Of a stretch of DNA of 64,000 bases, positions 11,636-26,800 are shown in pieces. This stretch comes from Eledone cirrhosa (lineage: Eukaryota): positions 47,306,001-47,370,000 of the forward strand of contig OZ024740.1 of NCBI GenBank assembly GCA_964016885.1, read 5' to 3'. The number at the start of each line of letters is the position of its first letter. Position 1 is the first letter of the stretch. A program made the translations under genes and the position numbers. Under the pieces are notes generated by a model, which searched no databases, was not told where the DNA came from, and saw only the letters and a list, made by a program, of their open reading frames with translations.

Positions 11636-12468
11636 CGTCTGTCTAGGTGATGTCGAATTTACAATGAAAGGCCGTGTTAATTGTGTTGTAAAATGGTTCT
11701 TCAATGTTGATAGTTTAGCTTATAAATCTAAGGTATATTTCTTGAATTTATTTATCCTAATTGAATTGAACCAGCAAAAATGAGTTAACATTTAGTTTTT
11801 AGTCATCAGTAACCATTTGTGATGTCATATTCAGACTTACTGTAGAATTGACTAGCTAATATCCAATCTTTCACTCGCACACAAAAGACATTTCAATAAC
11901 AATCATGTTTGAACATGACAAAAAACACGCTATTGATTATTAAGTGCAAATATTGACATAATACCACGTGGTATTTACTGAGATAATCTTAGTTAAGAAA
12001 TAGTAAAATGGTGTACACATACACACACATACACACACACATACACACATACACACACACACATATATATGTATATATAATTATCGCCTTTCATCCCCTC
12101 GCACCACACGTGATATAGTTTTCCATGTGAAAAAGTAGATAACGGAAAAGACTATAACATAAAAACAAGTACGAGTCATTCGGTTATAAATTCTAGAATT
12201 ACTGAGCAGGTATCTTAGAGAGGTATATGGAATGTGCTTCAAAAACTAGGTATCAGATTACATCATTCATTATCAAACAACAGGAGAAATGCAGTAGAAG
12301 ACACTTCGAATTCTCAAAACACTATTATCGTGACGCAATTCCGTGCAAATATTAAACAAAGCTAATCTTGCCAGCTGAAGTAAGGTACATTTCGAAATTT
12401 GATAATGTGGAAACTTATATAGAGCACCTAGGTTCATTGTGCAATAATGTTGAATATCAACTCTCTCG

Positions 12469-12560
<92 letters not shown>

Positions 12561-15500
12561 CAAAACCCGTTGATAACACGACTTCCTTGTTCATCATCTC
12601 ACCAGAAACCCAGCATTCTTTATGTAGGCGGACAGTACCTGATTTTGGAGTCGCAGAAACCAATACTGGATTTTACCATCAGTCCAGGGTCCGGGAAAGT
12701 ATCAACACATATATTTTTATTGTTTGACCCGAATTACTTGGTCGTTTTGTTTTGGCTGTGCGGATGATATGTTTAACCATCATCTCAGTGTATTTGGCCC
12801 TTAACGTATGTTGTAGCTCTGATTCATATGATTCATCGAGCGCTTGCCACACATATCGGACGTTGATTTTCGTTAATTCCTGAGCTGAAAACGATTCTCG
12901 CTAATTTATATTTGTATATATATATATATATATGAAAAGAGTCACGACTCCATCGGCTGAGCTCCGGCCGTTTCGACTCTTCTCATATTACCCACTCTAC
13001 TACTATCGAGTACTTTGGTGCGTTATGGTTCACCTGGTATCTTACCCCCCCCCCTCTCTTTATTCCTCTTTCCAGCTGGCTGTAACCCAAATAGAGAAGT
13101 TTAGCACATTAATATTATAAAGTATGCTTTTAGAATTGTCAACGATTAAAGGCAGTAATTCTTATAAACCAAACATAAATGTGAATTTCCATCATACCTC
13201 TTTGCAAATATTACCATCTTTCTATCCAAATATAAATGCAGTGCATAAAAGTACAAGGCAGTAATAAACTCACCGAGAATTAGTAGCGAATAAATGAATA
13301 CGAAAAAAAACCATTTATTTCATAATATATAATGGTACATATATTTTGACTACATTCTTTGATGAACACTATAAGTTTCTTCATATTTATTTCCTATTTG
13401 TTGCTTCAAATATTTTATCCTTCTTTGCTTTCATATAATTAATGTCAGTAACAAACCGCTTTATTTGTAATTCCTTTTCAGCTAATATTTCTTTCATCGT
13501 CTTCTTCGCTTGCTAGCGAAATTAAGTGCAATAGCCTATGTTGTATGTAATACATCCGTCAACAGTTAACGATTTTGCTATGTCAGATTAAACGGCTTCA
13601 AATTGCAAAATGTTTCATTGAATATTTTCTTTCACAGTGTTTGTTTGTTTTTTACGACTCTATCTCACATACGTTATTTGTTCACTTATCCCGTGTGTTT
13701 CCCCTACTCCACATTCTATTTCCCTACCTCCCCCTTAATTTTGCGCTTGATCATTTGCTTTCGACTGAAACAGGTTTCATTATATAAACACTATAAGAGC
13801 AGCGTAAATAATTAGACGATTCCAGCTGATAACTAGAAGATCGACATAAAAAAGAAAATGCTATCAAACACTAGAAATGTACACAACAAATATATAACAG
13901 ATTAGAAATAGTAGTAATAATAAACCAGGAATTTCTTTAGTATAATTTTCAGCCCCCAAACATTTGAACTGTCACTTCTTTCCATTCATTGATTCTTCCT
14001 TGCTTCTATCCTATATTTTGTATAAATTCATACTCGTAACCTTCTATCGAAGCTATGACCTTCACCAGTACAAGAATCTACAGTGTGTGCTCTCTCATTT
14101 GCATTATCCTCTACCAATGATAAACATTGTTAGATCTCAATCGTTTAGGCGACCTATATATAAACAAGTACGAAATGGTACATTTCATAGTTCTATAACT
14201 GTAAATGTCAGCGAACTGGATTTGATTTCTCGATAAGAACCATTTCTCTCTATATAGAAGAAGCAGGAAAGCTATAACAATACTACAGTTCTCTCGGCAA
14301 ATATCTCCATTGTCTCGCCGATGACCAAAAGCATTTATTATTGCTGTTCTTGATATTGTCATCGTTCTCGTTTTCTTCCATTCTACCATTAGGCTAGATT
14401 TTTTCTTCAATAAATTTGACGCCACGTCTCAGTAGGAACACTTCTGAGATAGTTAAATTTCCTGCTTTTAAAAATCTTTTAAACAACATACATATCTTGT
14501 CTGCCCATGTCTGACACTGTGGCTACTGATGTCTTTAGAATTTTTCATTCTTTTTTCCTTTTTCATATTTGATAAATTAAGTGGTTTGCTAAAGTGAATT
14601 GTTTTTTTTATCTCAAGAAGCAGGCCATTATGCCTCGCATTAAGAAACATTCACAACAGTGTGCGTGTGCACACACACAGACATATATGCATACATATTT
14701 TAAGCCCCGGTGTTTGAGTTTCAGATCACGTGGTCTCAGAACAGCAGATTTCACCATCGTAGCATTTTTTATTCGATTTTATATGGGATTGTGTCTCGTA
14801 CGTACATCAGATGTTCATATTGTTTTGTAGAACACAACATATTGCTACAAGTCAACATATTGCTCACGATTACTTAGATATTGTTCCATGATTACATTTT
14901 ATTATACAGATGGTAATTCAACTAGATGAAATCAGCACAATAAATGTCTCGGGGCATTGGAAGGAATCTTTATTTCAAATACTAATGCACCCCCCCCCCC
15001 CCCTCCCCTACCCAGCAGTAGTAGCGATGGCCCTCCCCTATCAACACATCAAATCTTGATGAGTGTTTTGTTTGAATTGGGGACTGTTATAACAGCCTTA
15101 ATAATCTGGCTCTGTTTTTTATTCTGTCACCTCACAGCAGAGCTTGAAAAATAAGTTAGCAACTGCAGCAACAGTGTTATCAACAGCAGAAATGGTAACA
15201 GTAGCAGCAGTATCCATCTCTGAGTCTTAAATTTCATGTATGATGACTGAACAGAGAATATCCATGTAATTATTGACATCACAAACATGAAATGTTTTAA
15301 GGAGAATTACTTCTAAATGCCAACTGCTTTGAAGTTCATAGTCCAAACACTTAGAGTGGGCAGGGCAGTAATGGCCTGCTTCGGTCATGCTTTACAGTAT
15401 ACTGGATGACTTTGTTGTGAAGTTGCTGAGAAATATTTTACTCAGCTTTTCCCAACTTGGTAGTGATATAAACTATTAAGCTCGTCTTTCATATTAATAG

Positions 15501-16908
15501 TTACCTCCCAGCCACTCTTTAACAGTGAAATCGTTCCTGCTAACCCAATTTCGAAGGATTCAGCTTAGCCATCTGTTAATTATGCTGACTAGAATGAATA
15601 ACTAACTGATCATTAATGCTTGCTCTCTTCCCTTCCCTTCTCATTCTCTCTTTCCCAATCCCACTTCTCACCCTAGCTCTCTTTCTCATTCTGTAAATTT
15701 ATGCATTTCCCCATATCTTGTAATTTTAACATCCATAGCTCTCGCCTTATCATTTCTCGGTTTCTATGGTACTATAAAATAATACCATAACTGTAACTGT
15801 TAGAGAAGGATTGTAACTTTACCCAGTAATTTTTCTTCAGTTTCAATATTATATTTCAGTACCACCACACGAAGTGTCTAGTAGCTATTTTTTAATGCTT
15901 CGCCTTCACGTAATGTGTCAAATATATTTTAGAGTGAAAGAGACTGTCTTTCTCTAGGCACGGAGTATGAGTAAAGCAAAAGGACATAACATATAATTGA
16001 AACCAAGTCAGGGACCCAGTTCACCCAAGCATGCTCACATTATGTGGACGCAGACATGGTCGAGTGGTTAGGAATGTAGCTACACATCCAAGTGTGGAAG
16101 TTTGAGCAAGATTCTTTTACTATAAACTTGGGTTGAAACTCTCCTGAAGCCTGTTAGATTGATTGTACCTAAACATCTAGTTTTTGCTACATATTGTGTC
16201 ATATTGAATCGTCCAGAGAATTACATTATGGATATATGTGGAATTTACAATCACTTACTTGTGAACCTAATGAATGGGTAGTTCAACTGTTCGAACTGAT
16301 TGCCCATTGTAGAAACCGACAAAGAATTCATCACCTATATTATAATGTACTTGAACAATAAACTTATAGTACTCGATAAGTTTAACTAAATTATAATAAA
16401 TCGAAGTACAACTTCGATCAAAGAACTATTCATCATTTCCTCTTCTAATAATATTCTTATTGGATTTATCAAGTGCATTATACGACTCAAACAGAAATGG
16501 CCGATAAAACAGTAAATAAATAAATAGTAAATGATATATAAATGACTGATATGAAGCCTGAACATTCAGAATACTTAGCTTGTTGGACCTTTGGGGTTCC
16601 GCAAAAATATTATTTGGGGAAGTTATTCAGCAATTGGTACACTGGATTAGTTTACTTTTAACATATCCACCTTTTTGCTTTCAATGACTATGAACAAAGC
16701 ATTATAAGCTAACAGTACTCTTATCAATTATATGAAGTCCTGTGATGTATAAACTATGTCTATCATGGTACTTGCGAGAAGCTAGCTAGACTATGACTGA
16801 AACTATTGATTTTCCAGCCGATAAGACAGCTTTATACAGACTTCACCAGCTATGACAATTCATACATTATGGAACACTTCAGTAAATTAAGGTGTAGTGT
16901 CCAAAAAT

Positions 16909-17060
16909 GAAGGCGCAGAGCTTAGTGGTTAGGATGCAAGACTCACGATCATAAGGTCATGGGTTCGTTTCTCGAACTAGTCGGCACGCTGTATATTTGA
17001 GCAAGATACTTCAAAGTTGTTCCAGTCAACTCATCAGAAAAAAAGATTAGTACCTGAAGT
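16909..17060 (+). mobile_element. tRNA-derived SINE (family B); other copies at 35982-36125 (+), 39065-39207 (-), 54470-54625 (+) and ~16050-16160 (+)
   Basis: GAAGGCGCA..GCTTAGTGGTTAGG (A box), GGGTTCGTTTC/GAGTTCAATTC (B box), then TTGAGCAAGAC/TACTT. Confidence 0.75.
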
Positions 17061-17636
17061 AGCTGGTGGTTAATTCTTAATGCCAACTAAACCAAAATAA
17101 GCGTTGGCCTGATAAGCATTTAGGCTTGGGACAAATTTCAACTTTAAAAATCCAGACCTAGAGTTTTTATCGTAAACTAGAGGGTTAGGTAAAAATATAT
17201 TTTATGACTAGAATAATTTTCTTGAATATTATAAATATTTCATTTGGTGTTTCTAACTGAATGGTTATTTGATTTATGCTCAACAACACAATCACATTCG
17301 TTATTAATGTCTTATTTATATAACCGTTCATCAATTCAATATCGCCACATTTTCTATTGTAAGTATTTAACATTTACTGTAGATATCCATGGTAATATCT
17401 AAGAACCAACGAGAAATCTCTTCGTGATCATTCAACCTGCTAGAATTAGCAGCCAAATATTCCTTAAATCACAGTTTATCGTCTTCACAAAAGGAGAGGC
17501 ACATTATATAATATAGTCCCAAATACATGTAAGAGGATAGCGTAGACTTAACGCAATATAAACAAAAGTAACATGTATCTGAACGTATTATCTGAAATGT
17601 TTGTTGTTATCAAATGAAATGTGTTGTAAACGGATT

Positions 17637-17852
17637 AATAATGGTTTCTAGTTTTGCTATAAGGCCAGCAATTAAGGAGAGGCTCGATTATATTGACTCC
17701 CCCAGTACTCGACTGACAATTTATTTCATCAAACCCGGAAATCTGAAACGCAGAGGTGACCTCGGTGAGACTTGAACTCAGAAAGTAATAAACCGAAACA
17801 AATATTGATGACCATTTGTCCAACGCTCTAATGATTCTGTTAATCGACCGCC
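17637..17852 (-). mobile_element. Diverged family A SINE; similar old copies at ~19245-19440 (+), 21053-21275 (+), 43320-43532 (+), 52930-53065 (-), 56270-56400 (-) and 58595-58700 (-)
   Basis: Recognisable AAGGCCAGCAA, TCGATT, TTTATTT.ATC and TGAACTCAGAA blocks. Confidence 0.7.
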
Positions 17853-19814
17853 CATGTAAACAAGTTCATAGAAATTAAAAAAGAAAACTGAAGGACAACT
17901 GCAAGAACTAGAAGGCAAGTTGAATATATAACTAAATAATTGTAAATAGGAATTGTAGGTTATCAACTGTCTACCACTCTAAGTAGCAGAAGAACTGTAA
18001 AATTGGGAAGTGAACTTTCAGAGCTGAGTTTAACTACTCCTGTAAGTATATAGCTTGGAAATGAATGGGCTTACTGAAGACACCGTACATGTAGAGGATC
18101 TTTTCAGAAGTATCCATGAAAGGGTTACAGGACTCCTCATTTTTAGACAAAGGACATCTGCGGACGTTTAACTGTTATTAGAGTTCAACAACATTGCTTA
18201 GTCTACCAAGTCTGCTTTGATCAAATCGTAGCGTTTTTATATATAGAAAAACAATTTTGTTTTATATTTTAATCAAACAACTTACTACGGACCAAAGGTT
18301 TTCGTATCTCTTTGTCTACAAGTAAAACATTTTGTCGACTGATTAAAGCAGACATGAGGAGACTATGCTTTCCTGATGAGGTATGATAAGACTGTAATGT
18401 GGCCGTAGCTGTACACCTTGCTGCAAGAAAATTTCATATTTTACCCAAAACATTTCGAAAATTAATTCTTAATTTTTTTATATTATCTCTGCTTGTCGTT
18501 GAAAGTCCCAAACATGGAGGAAAATTTCAATTAATTGAGAATTGTCTGTATATGTCATTCACTCCTTAATTTATTTACGTATATATTGCCTGGTGTATAC
18601 TTTGAAAAAGGTCACACACATTACACAAACTCCTCCTTCTCCAATCTGTAAAGGTTTCTTATATTTTTACAAAAAAAGAAACCGTCAACCTGTTTAAAGT
18701 AGTTACATACTCGACATCAAAATTTGATCTGGAAAATATAATATATTTTTAGGCAGCCTTTTAAAGTAAAATATATATAAATAATAGATAACGTGAAATA
18801 ATTATGATTTCACTCATGTTCATTATATCTTCACTAAATGACATAAATATGTCGAAAACTATAAATCACTATGTTCTCTTCGTGTTTCTTCTTGCTTGAA
18901 AACATGTTCGTTATTTCTCTAAGCAATTCCTTCAAAATCTGTTTGAAGCAGCCGAGCCTGTTGAAGCAGTATACAAAGAACCAAGCCATCTGGTTTCCAG
19001 ATAATTATTAATTTTATGTACTTTTCTTTATTATATTTTATTTTATATATGTACATGCCTTGTCAGGTCTGATCCTTGATAGGAGGTTGAGAAACCATAC
19101 ATTTTATTATATTGTTCTTGTATATAGAGAGGAAATATTTCCGGCCTAAATAGTCTTCTGGCCTCGGCATTTCTAGTTGAATTCAGATTCAACTTTTGAA
19201 GTTAAAATACATTCGTTGATAATACAATAATTCTAAAGTAGTGAAATGGTCAAATTGGATAATGGCCAACAAAATACATAGACGTATTTCGTGCACTTCT
19301 TTGTATTTTGTGTTCAAATTCCGCGGCGTTTGACTCTAGCTTTCATCATTAGATAAAATAAATACCAGTCAATTACTGGAAAAAATTAATAGATATAATC
19401 ACCAAAAATATATGGCCCTGTGCCTATTTCAGAAATTAATGTAACAGTAATGTAATGTTGCTTGGAGCAGTGAACTATATTTCATGACATTGACCTATTT
19501 ATAGCTATGTGGAATGAGAAAACATCAAAGTGATGTGAGAATATAAATCACTTACTGGTAACTAAAATATCTATGGCAATAAAATCTTTATATATCTTCG
19601 ATTTGATTATTTCCTTGTGTTCCTATATAAGCCTGACTACTTTAAAAAAATTGTTTGTTCTGGAAAAAGGAGATATAAGATTGATGCCGTTAACAACCCT
19701 CTAAAACGACAACTGTGGAGAATATTTGATATTAGTCAAACATGATGTTTGACTACAAAAAGAGTGACGATTCGTGTCACAAACTTTGAGCTATATGAGG
19801 GATGTCCAAACCAA

Positions 19815-20337
19815 TGCGGGACTGGAAAGGTATCATCCACTACGAGCTGCTCCCACCGAATACTAGTATAACCACTGACGTCTATTGCGAACAACTTGAC
19901 ACATTGGTAGCGAAAATCGTGTAGATGCGCTCACACCATGGTTCTGTTTGATTCCTTCATGATAACGTTAGTCGTAATCATCAAGGATATTCCGTGAGAT
20001 TCAGCTGGAGCTAGAGTGGGAGGTTCTGTCCCACCCGCTCGCTGTATTCGCCCGACCTTGCCCCTACAGACTATCACCTTTCTTCTTAATGAGCAATGCA
20101 ATGCAATCAAAAACCTTCGCCTATTAAGACCAGTTAAATAAGGTGGCTGACGGAATTATTTGCTTCGAAGCCAAAGGAATTCTACAGAGATGGAATCATG
20201 TGCCTTCCTAAACGATGGCAGATCGTAATCGCAAATGATGTCGATTATTTTGAGTCGTAAACTGTTGCTAATATTAACAAACGCCAATACAGAAAAAAAG
20301 AAATGAAATCGGCGAGAACTTACTGACCATCCTATTA
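19815..20337 (+). mobile_element. Mariner (Tc1/mariner) transposon, 3' fragment, transposase pseudogene with right TIR
   Basis: Translates WKGIIHYELLPPNTSITTDVYCEQLD, FLHDN, LEWEVLSHP and YSPDLAPTDYHL (diagnostic mariner motifs) with stops and frameshifts. Ends in a mariner-like TIR, GGCGAGAACTTACTGACCATCCTATTA. Confidence 0.92.
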
Positions 20338-23300
20338 TTTTAAATAAGTTCAAATTAAAGGACATCGAATGAACATAAATGCATAACTAGTTATGCCACG
20401 GAACATTTAAACCCAATAAATATTTTATATGATTATATTATTTATTTAAATAAAACGATCTTCGCGGGGCTCTATGACGACTCCATGCTTATAACTTCTA
20501 CAATGTATTTATTTCTAAAATTGACAAAAGTTAGAGCATTTTTAACAGAGTAATGTAATTAATGAAATCGGCGCCATGTTTTTATATGTGTATGACATGT
20601 ATTTAATTTATGAAACCCGCTAGAAGTAAAAGGAAATTCAAACGTGGTAGAATGCAAAGAGACACCACTAATCACTGCACAGTATTTTTCTATCCATATT
20701 TCTGGCTAACGCCCTCTGCAAGATACACTTTCATATAATATTCAAACAGAATTTGCTGAAGATGCTAATTTCGTTTTTTTTTTAAATTCCTGTTTAAAAT
20801 TATATTTCAAGTAGCTGTAACAGACACCATAAACCTTATTTTTGTGGCGCAGTTTTTGATTCCTAAATATATATCTTAAAATACATTTCAATAAAATATG
20901 GCAATTTTTCACCTGTTTGAAGTTAAATAGCGTTGTCAGTTAAGCAGATTTCACAAATGAGCTAAATATAATTTCGTTTGATTCGTCATAAAGTTGTCTG
21001 GGCTTTTAAGAGGAAGTAATAGTGTTCATAACATTAACATCAGTATATTACTGCGAATTGGCAGAGACAGAACGTAGAACAGAATGTTTTACCGTATTTG
21101 TTGCTGATATCTGGGCTCTGAGTTCAAATAACACCGAGTACAACTTTGCCTGCCATCCTTTAGAGGTTGATAAAAAAAAAGTGCCAGTCCAGTACTGGGA
21201 TCGATTCTTACTATATATGTCTCATTTCCTGTTCCCCACTCACTTTCTCTGAAAGAAATCGACTTTGTTCCGACCTGGAGGGGGATGGGCTCTATCAGGT
21301 TTAAATGCCCCAAACACGAGTATATCCCTACCGTGCCCCCAATGACCAGTTAAGGGTCCTTGGCAATGTATTTCAGTTTATAAATTATATATAAGGTAGT
21401 CCAGAGAGCAACTTAAAAATAGAACCAACATCATTGCCGACATATGCAAATCAACTAGGTTTTTGACAGTCTATCCATCTGTATATATCAGCCCCTCTTT
21501 ATTTATTTGCCTCTCTGCCTAACTATCTCTCCCTTTCTATTTCTCTGTACGTCTATCTTGTTACCTATATACATTTCCATTTCTAGCTCACTATGTATGT
21601 ATGTATGTTTATTTGCAGTATGTATGTAATGTAATTTGCAGTATGTATGTAATGTAATTTGCAGTATGTAATGTATGTATATATGCATGCATGTAAGAAT
21701 GTTTGCATTATACATACATACAAACTTACATACATACATACATGTGTGTGCGTGCGTGTGTGTATGTGTTTGTATGTTTTTATGTATGGATATCTTTAGC
21801 TTACTTATCTCAATGAATGAGGGTTTGTATGACATAGTTTCTCTAAGTGAAAATAATCATTCTCAGTAGTATTAGATCGAAAGTAAACTCCTAGGAAAGG
21901 CAAAGTTCAGATTGAAGGCGCCATATGATTGTAGTTAAGAAAGTAAACTACTTAGGATTTCATATTTTTCTAGGAATTGGATATCAATTTCCAACAATAC
22001 GTGATAAACAACTTTACTCTAATTAGTGCCACTGCACAGGCAATTACTTAGGAAATGTACCTTTTAAAAACGAATGATGCTCCCTAATGACTTGTTAGAT
22101 GCCTTACATTATAGTTTGACAGTCGTAGATCTAATTTACAAAAAGTATAGGTTACTAGAGGGTAAATCCACCCGTAGACACACACACTATCACATACTGA
22201 TATATGCGTTATATATATCTTCAGATGTGAGAATGCAAATATGTAAATTAGTGTATCGGGGGATTTGTTCAGCAGGAAATACTTTATCATTGGATATCCT
22301 TTTTACTGAACTTAGAAGAGGTTACCTTTGAAAACTGAGACTTGGAGCTGGTTTTGATTTTTATCTTTATTTATTTAATTTCTTTTGTATCGATATTATC
22401 CTTTAAAGAGGCATGAATGTTACAAGATCTTAAGTTTTTATCTCCTATAAGCCCGAGATTTTATAACTAGAAAGAAAAACATGAATATCGAAATATAGAT
22501 TCGTTCCTTTCATAATCTGAGTAAGCAATATACTTACCTGAATACGTAAAGGGAAAACTATAAAGGTACAGTTCTTATGTTGAGAACGTAGCTCTTATTA
22601 TTCGGAGCTCACCTATAAAGGATTTGGAATATGTTCATGAAGTCATAATTCTTTAGTGGGTAGAAGGACTACAATCGATTAGATCAGCTCAGTATTTAAC
22701 CAGTTTTTTATTTTATCTATTGAGGACAAATAAAAGACTTTATTGATCAATGCCATTTGGATTTGAACAACTCAGAAGCTTACACCCGCACCCCCATCAC
22801 TAAAAGCAACAAAAATGAACGTGACTGAATACAGCAATGTATTATTTGGCTCGTTTCTCTACTAATTTTGACATTTTATCATCCTATACTGTTGTAGCAT
22901 TGATATAATGGTATAATGGAGAAAAACGCCAGTAAATAGAACAATGTGACTATTGATTACACTTTAATGAATTTGGTATTTATTTGACTACTTTATTCAT
23001 TAGAAGGTTTTGTTATACTAGTAACTCAATAAATCATCCTAAATCAACCTAGTCACCCCATAATCTCACGCAAAATATTTAATTAATCACAGAAATATCA
23101 AACCCCACTATTAATCATACTAATGATGTCTAGGAAAACATATACTAATTGATCAAAATAGAGAAATCTAACTAGTTATGTAACAAAGAATTGTTAAGTT
23201 TTGTTTTCCACATGAATTTTAGTTTGTTTAGAGTACAAATATAGCTTTCGAAAATAGTTTCAAAGTTTATATACTATCACAAATACAATATTGGTCGCTT

Positions 23301-24146
23301 CAAATGACTACAAGAAGCAAGGAAAAAAATGAGTACTCAATAAATTCATATTTATTCAGAAATAAGATTGGTAAAATAAATATATCTTTGTGGTTATCTT
23401 ATTTCTTATAGAAAACTGTGACTTGATGAATATAAATATTGAAGCCAGAGATATATAATTTCAGTTGACACATGTTTCACAAAAAATATGACTACGCTTG
23501 TGGCGTTGCTCCCGTTTTTATCGTAAAATGTATTATCTATATCAATGCACTTAAAATATCATCAATCTTTTTTTATTGTTAAGGTTGTTGGTGTTGAGTT
23601 GTTTGTTATTTTGCAGCTTTATTTACGAGATACAATGAGTATCAATGATAAGGCTATAGGATACTTGATAATATATATTATTACGAAATAATAAAAACAT
23701 AAATGAGGATTTTTTAAGATTGCTATATAATTATATATGTATGTATACATTTATGTATGTGTACGTGTATACATGTATACATGTATGTATACTTGTATAT
23801 TTTATATTTGCATGCATCTATTGTACACATGTACGTATGTATGTGTATGTGTGCGCGTGTGTGTCTCTGGAGTAGTTTTAAATTTAATTTTCGTATATCT
23901 TAAGGGTTCCTTAAAGTTAGTTTGGAACATGAAAATTCTAAAATCTAAGTCAATATTTCTAGTGTTACATGGTCTCATCTTCTGGATGAAGTAACTCTGT
24001 GATGCTATCATTGTATGATGGATAGAGTCAACAGTTTTGTGTTAAATATGAGCATAGATTAGCATTGTGTTGCGCTAGCAGAATTTTTCCAACATATCGA
24101 TGACCAGAATAAATGTATTTAGAGCTGAATGCTTTCTAACACTACA

Positions 24147-24213
<67 letters not shown>

Positions 24214-24235
24214 TAAAAACAACAACAACAACAAT

Positions 24236-24458
24236 AATAATGATTTCTAGTATAGGCACAAGGCCAGTAATTTTGGGGAGGGAAAGTCGATTAAATCGAC
24301 TCCAGTACATTACTGGTACTTTATTTTATCGACCCCGTAAGGATGAAAGGCAAAGTTAACCTCGGCGGGATTTGAACTCAGACCATAAAGGGACGTAACT
24401 CTTTGCTGCAAGGCATGGTGTCCGACCCTCTACCGATACTGCCAATCCACCGCCCTTG

Positions 24459-24503
<45 letters not shown>

Positions 24504-24645
24504 GTTTCTTATATAGGCACAAGGCCAGCAATTTGGGGGAAGGGAAAAGTCGATTAAATCGATCCCAGTGCATTACTGGTGATTTATTTTATCGAGCACG
24601 TAAGGATGAAAGGCAAAGCAAATCTCGACGGGATTTGAACTCAGT
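24236..24645 (-). mobile_element. Two family A SINEs (24236-24457 full length; 24497-24645 5'-truncated) separated by (TAA)n
   Basis: A box, B box (GAGTTCAAATCC), core and tail all visible. Confidence 0.88.
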
Positions 24646-24654
24646 ACTTAATAA

Positions 24655-26800
24655 TAATAGGTTCGGGCTGAATAACATCATGGACGCCTGTAACGTAGCT
24701 CCATGCAAGATTTGATATCAATCGCATAGCATCACTAAAATATTAGCAGACGAAGAAAGATATGCTACAAAAGAACCAATGAACTTAGCCTAAAACATAT
24801 TTATTTCATGTATGGCTTGTCTCTATTATGCAAAACTCCGCGGGGAACTTGGTAGACATAAAACAGAAATCAATATAACACCAAACGTAAAAGAATCGGA
24901 AGAGTTCTAAAGGGTGTAACAGCAAAGGAATAACCACACGCAGGACTGGTTAGAACAATAAACAGTAATTGAACTATTTTGAGTAGAAATTATAACAGAA
25001 GAAATGCCCAATACGTGAGAAAAACAAAACACAGGACGGCATCATGACATAACAAAATCACAAACTTCTGGTTAAAACATTTAAAAGGGAAACATGTTAC
25101 TTTTGTATTGTTTAATGAATAGCAGAGGGAGATAACAAAAATGACACAGCAAACACCCAAATCTATACACTGAAAACTTACCTTTTACAACCTACATTAC
25201 CTAAACTAAAATAATGTCACAGACTTATCAAACACCTGAAACAAAATATGCTTCCAGAAGAGCAATAAGGATACAGCAAATGCTCATATGATTGTAAACA
25301 TCAGTTACTGACCAACAAATCCATAACCAAAGACAAAAGAAAGAGAGGAAATAATAGCATGGATTCATTACCCGAAGACGTTTGACAGCGTCCCCTACAT
25401 GCAGATTCTGGACACACTAGACATGAACAAGGTAGCACCATCAATGAAAGAATTCATCAATCCTACCATGAATAAGTGGCAAAATTTTCTCCAGATACTC
25501 AGCAGAGAAAGATTTATAAGATTTGAGCCAATCTCAAGTAATAGGTGAATATTGCAAGAGAAGTTCCTGTCTCCTGCCCTCTTCTGCCTAGCACTGACGT
25601 CATTAACTAAGATATTAAACAAGACTAGATGTGGATACAAATACTACGTCAAGATTTCCAAAAGAAATAGATATGAAATTTGGCTTAAACAAACCCGAAG
25701 AGAGAAAAACTAGTTAAAAACACTAATATTACGATAAAGAAACTGAGATAAGAAAATTAGATCAAACACATACATACAAATACTTAGGAATCAATGAATA
25801 GACTGTTGAATACACACAAATAAATGAAAAGATTAGAAAGGAAAACTATAGACGCATTAGAGTACTCTTCGGGACAGAAATGAATTCAAATAAGGCAATA
25901 GAAATCAACACTCTGTTCCAGCATTAAGGTACATTTTTAATATTCTTAACTGGATACTAAACAAGCTAGCAAGAGAAGACAGAGGAAATATGATCATATT
26001 TAGAATATATCACCCCAAATCAGATGTAGAAAGATTATACTTACCACAAAGGCAGGAGGTTAGATACCTTATGCAACTAAATCTACAATAAAATATATAC
26101 CGTATGTCTACAAAAATCCCTAATGAAAAATAATGCATGATGATGATGATTTTTTTGCATTGGTCTTATATGGAGAAAGTCGGCATGGTCTTGTATGTCT
26201 ACCAAGAATGCTACAAACATTCTTCCTGAAACTGGAATTCCGTATTACACCTAAAACAAATTGATAAATATTTAGAAATCAAAGCACTAGATAAAATACA
26301 ACACAGGAAAATAAAAGAAAAGGTTTTGATTAACACTTAAAACTGAGTTAAATGAAAAAAAATAAGTTTATATACTCTACGTAAATACTCCCAATAATAT
26401 GTTATAAGCAACGTATTATTTTCAATATGCAAAACTAGAATAATATATTTACCTAGGAATAATATATTTACCTCGTATGAAGGGAGTTTCAGGTGTTAAG
26501 CAACATTAAAACTGTTTGCAAATATCTGCCATGAGACTACAAAAATATCTTGCAAAGAATTGAGAATGAAAAACTAATACAAACGACTGTTCTCTGTCTT
26601 CAGTGGAGTGAGCAAATTTGAGCCAGAGGCTACAATGTCATACACGTGTGCGGAAAGGATAGGAATGATAGTGTGAACAAGCTAAACACTAAGATGACAT
26701 TGGAGTTACAAAAATACCATGCTAAAGGATGTTATGAAAGTCCTTTGCATGGTCCATATCTGAAAAAAACCCCCATAAAGGTGATTAGTATGCACGTAAT
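24655..26800 (+). mobile_element. Old, heavily decayed R4/Dong-type LINE
   Basis: Scattered in-order motifs: WIHYPKTFDSVP (~25360), LSPALFCLALTSLTKILNKT (~25570), YKYLGI (~25775), HPKSDVERLYLPQRQ (~26010) and PLHGPY (~26740). Begins immediately after a TAA run. Boundaries are approximate. Confidence 0.75.

Noticed and set aside
12565-12905. GC-richer insert between microsatellites with partially open frames
   Set aside because: Probably a TE fragment, but I could not assign a family or domain.
13200-14620. Purine-biased minus-strand stretch that looks like a decayed coding region (possibly helicase- or transposon-like)
   Set aside because: Multiple stops and no motif I could identify with confidence; needs a translated search.
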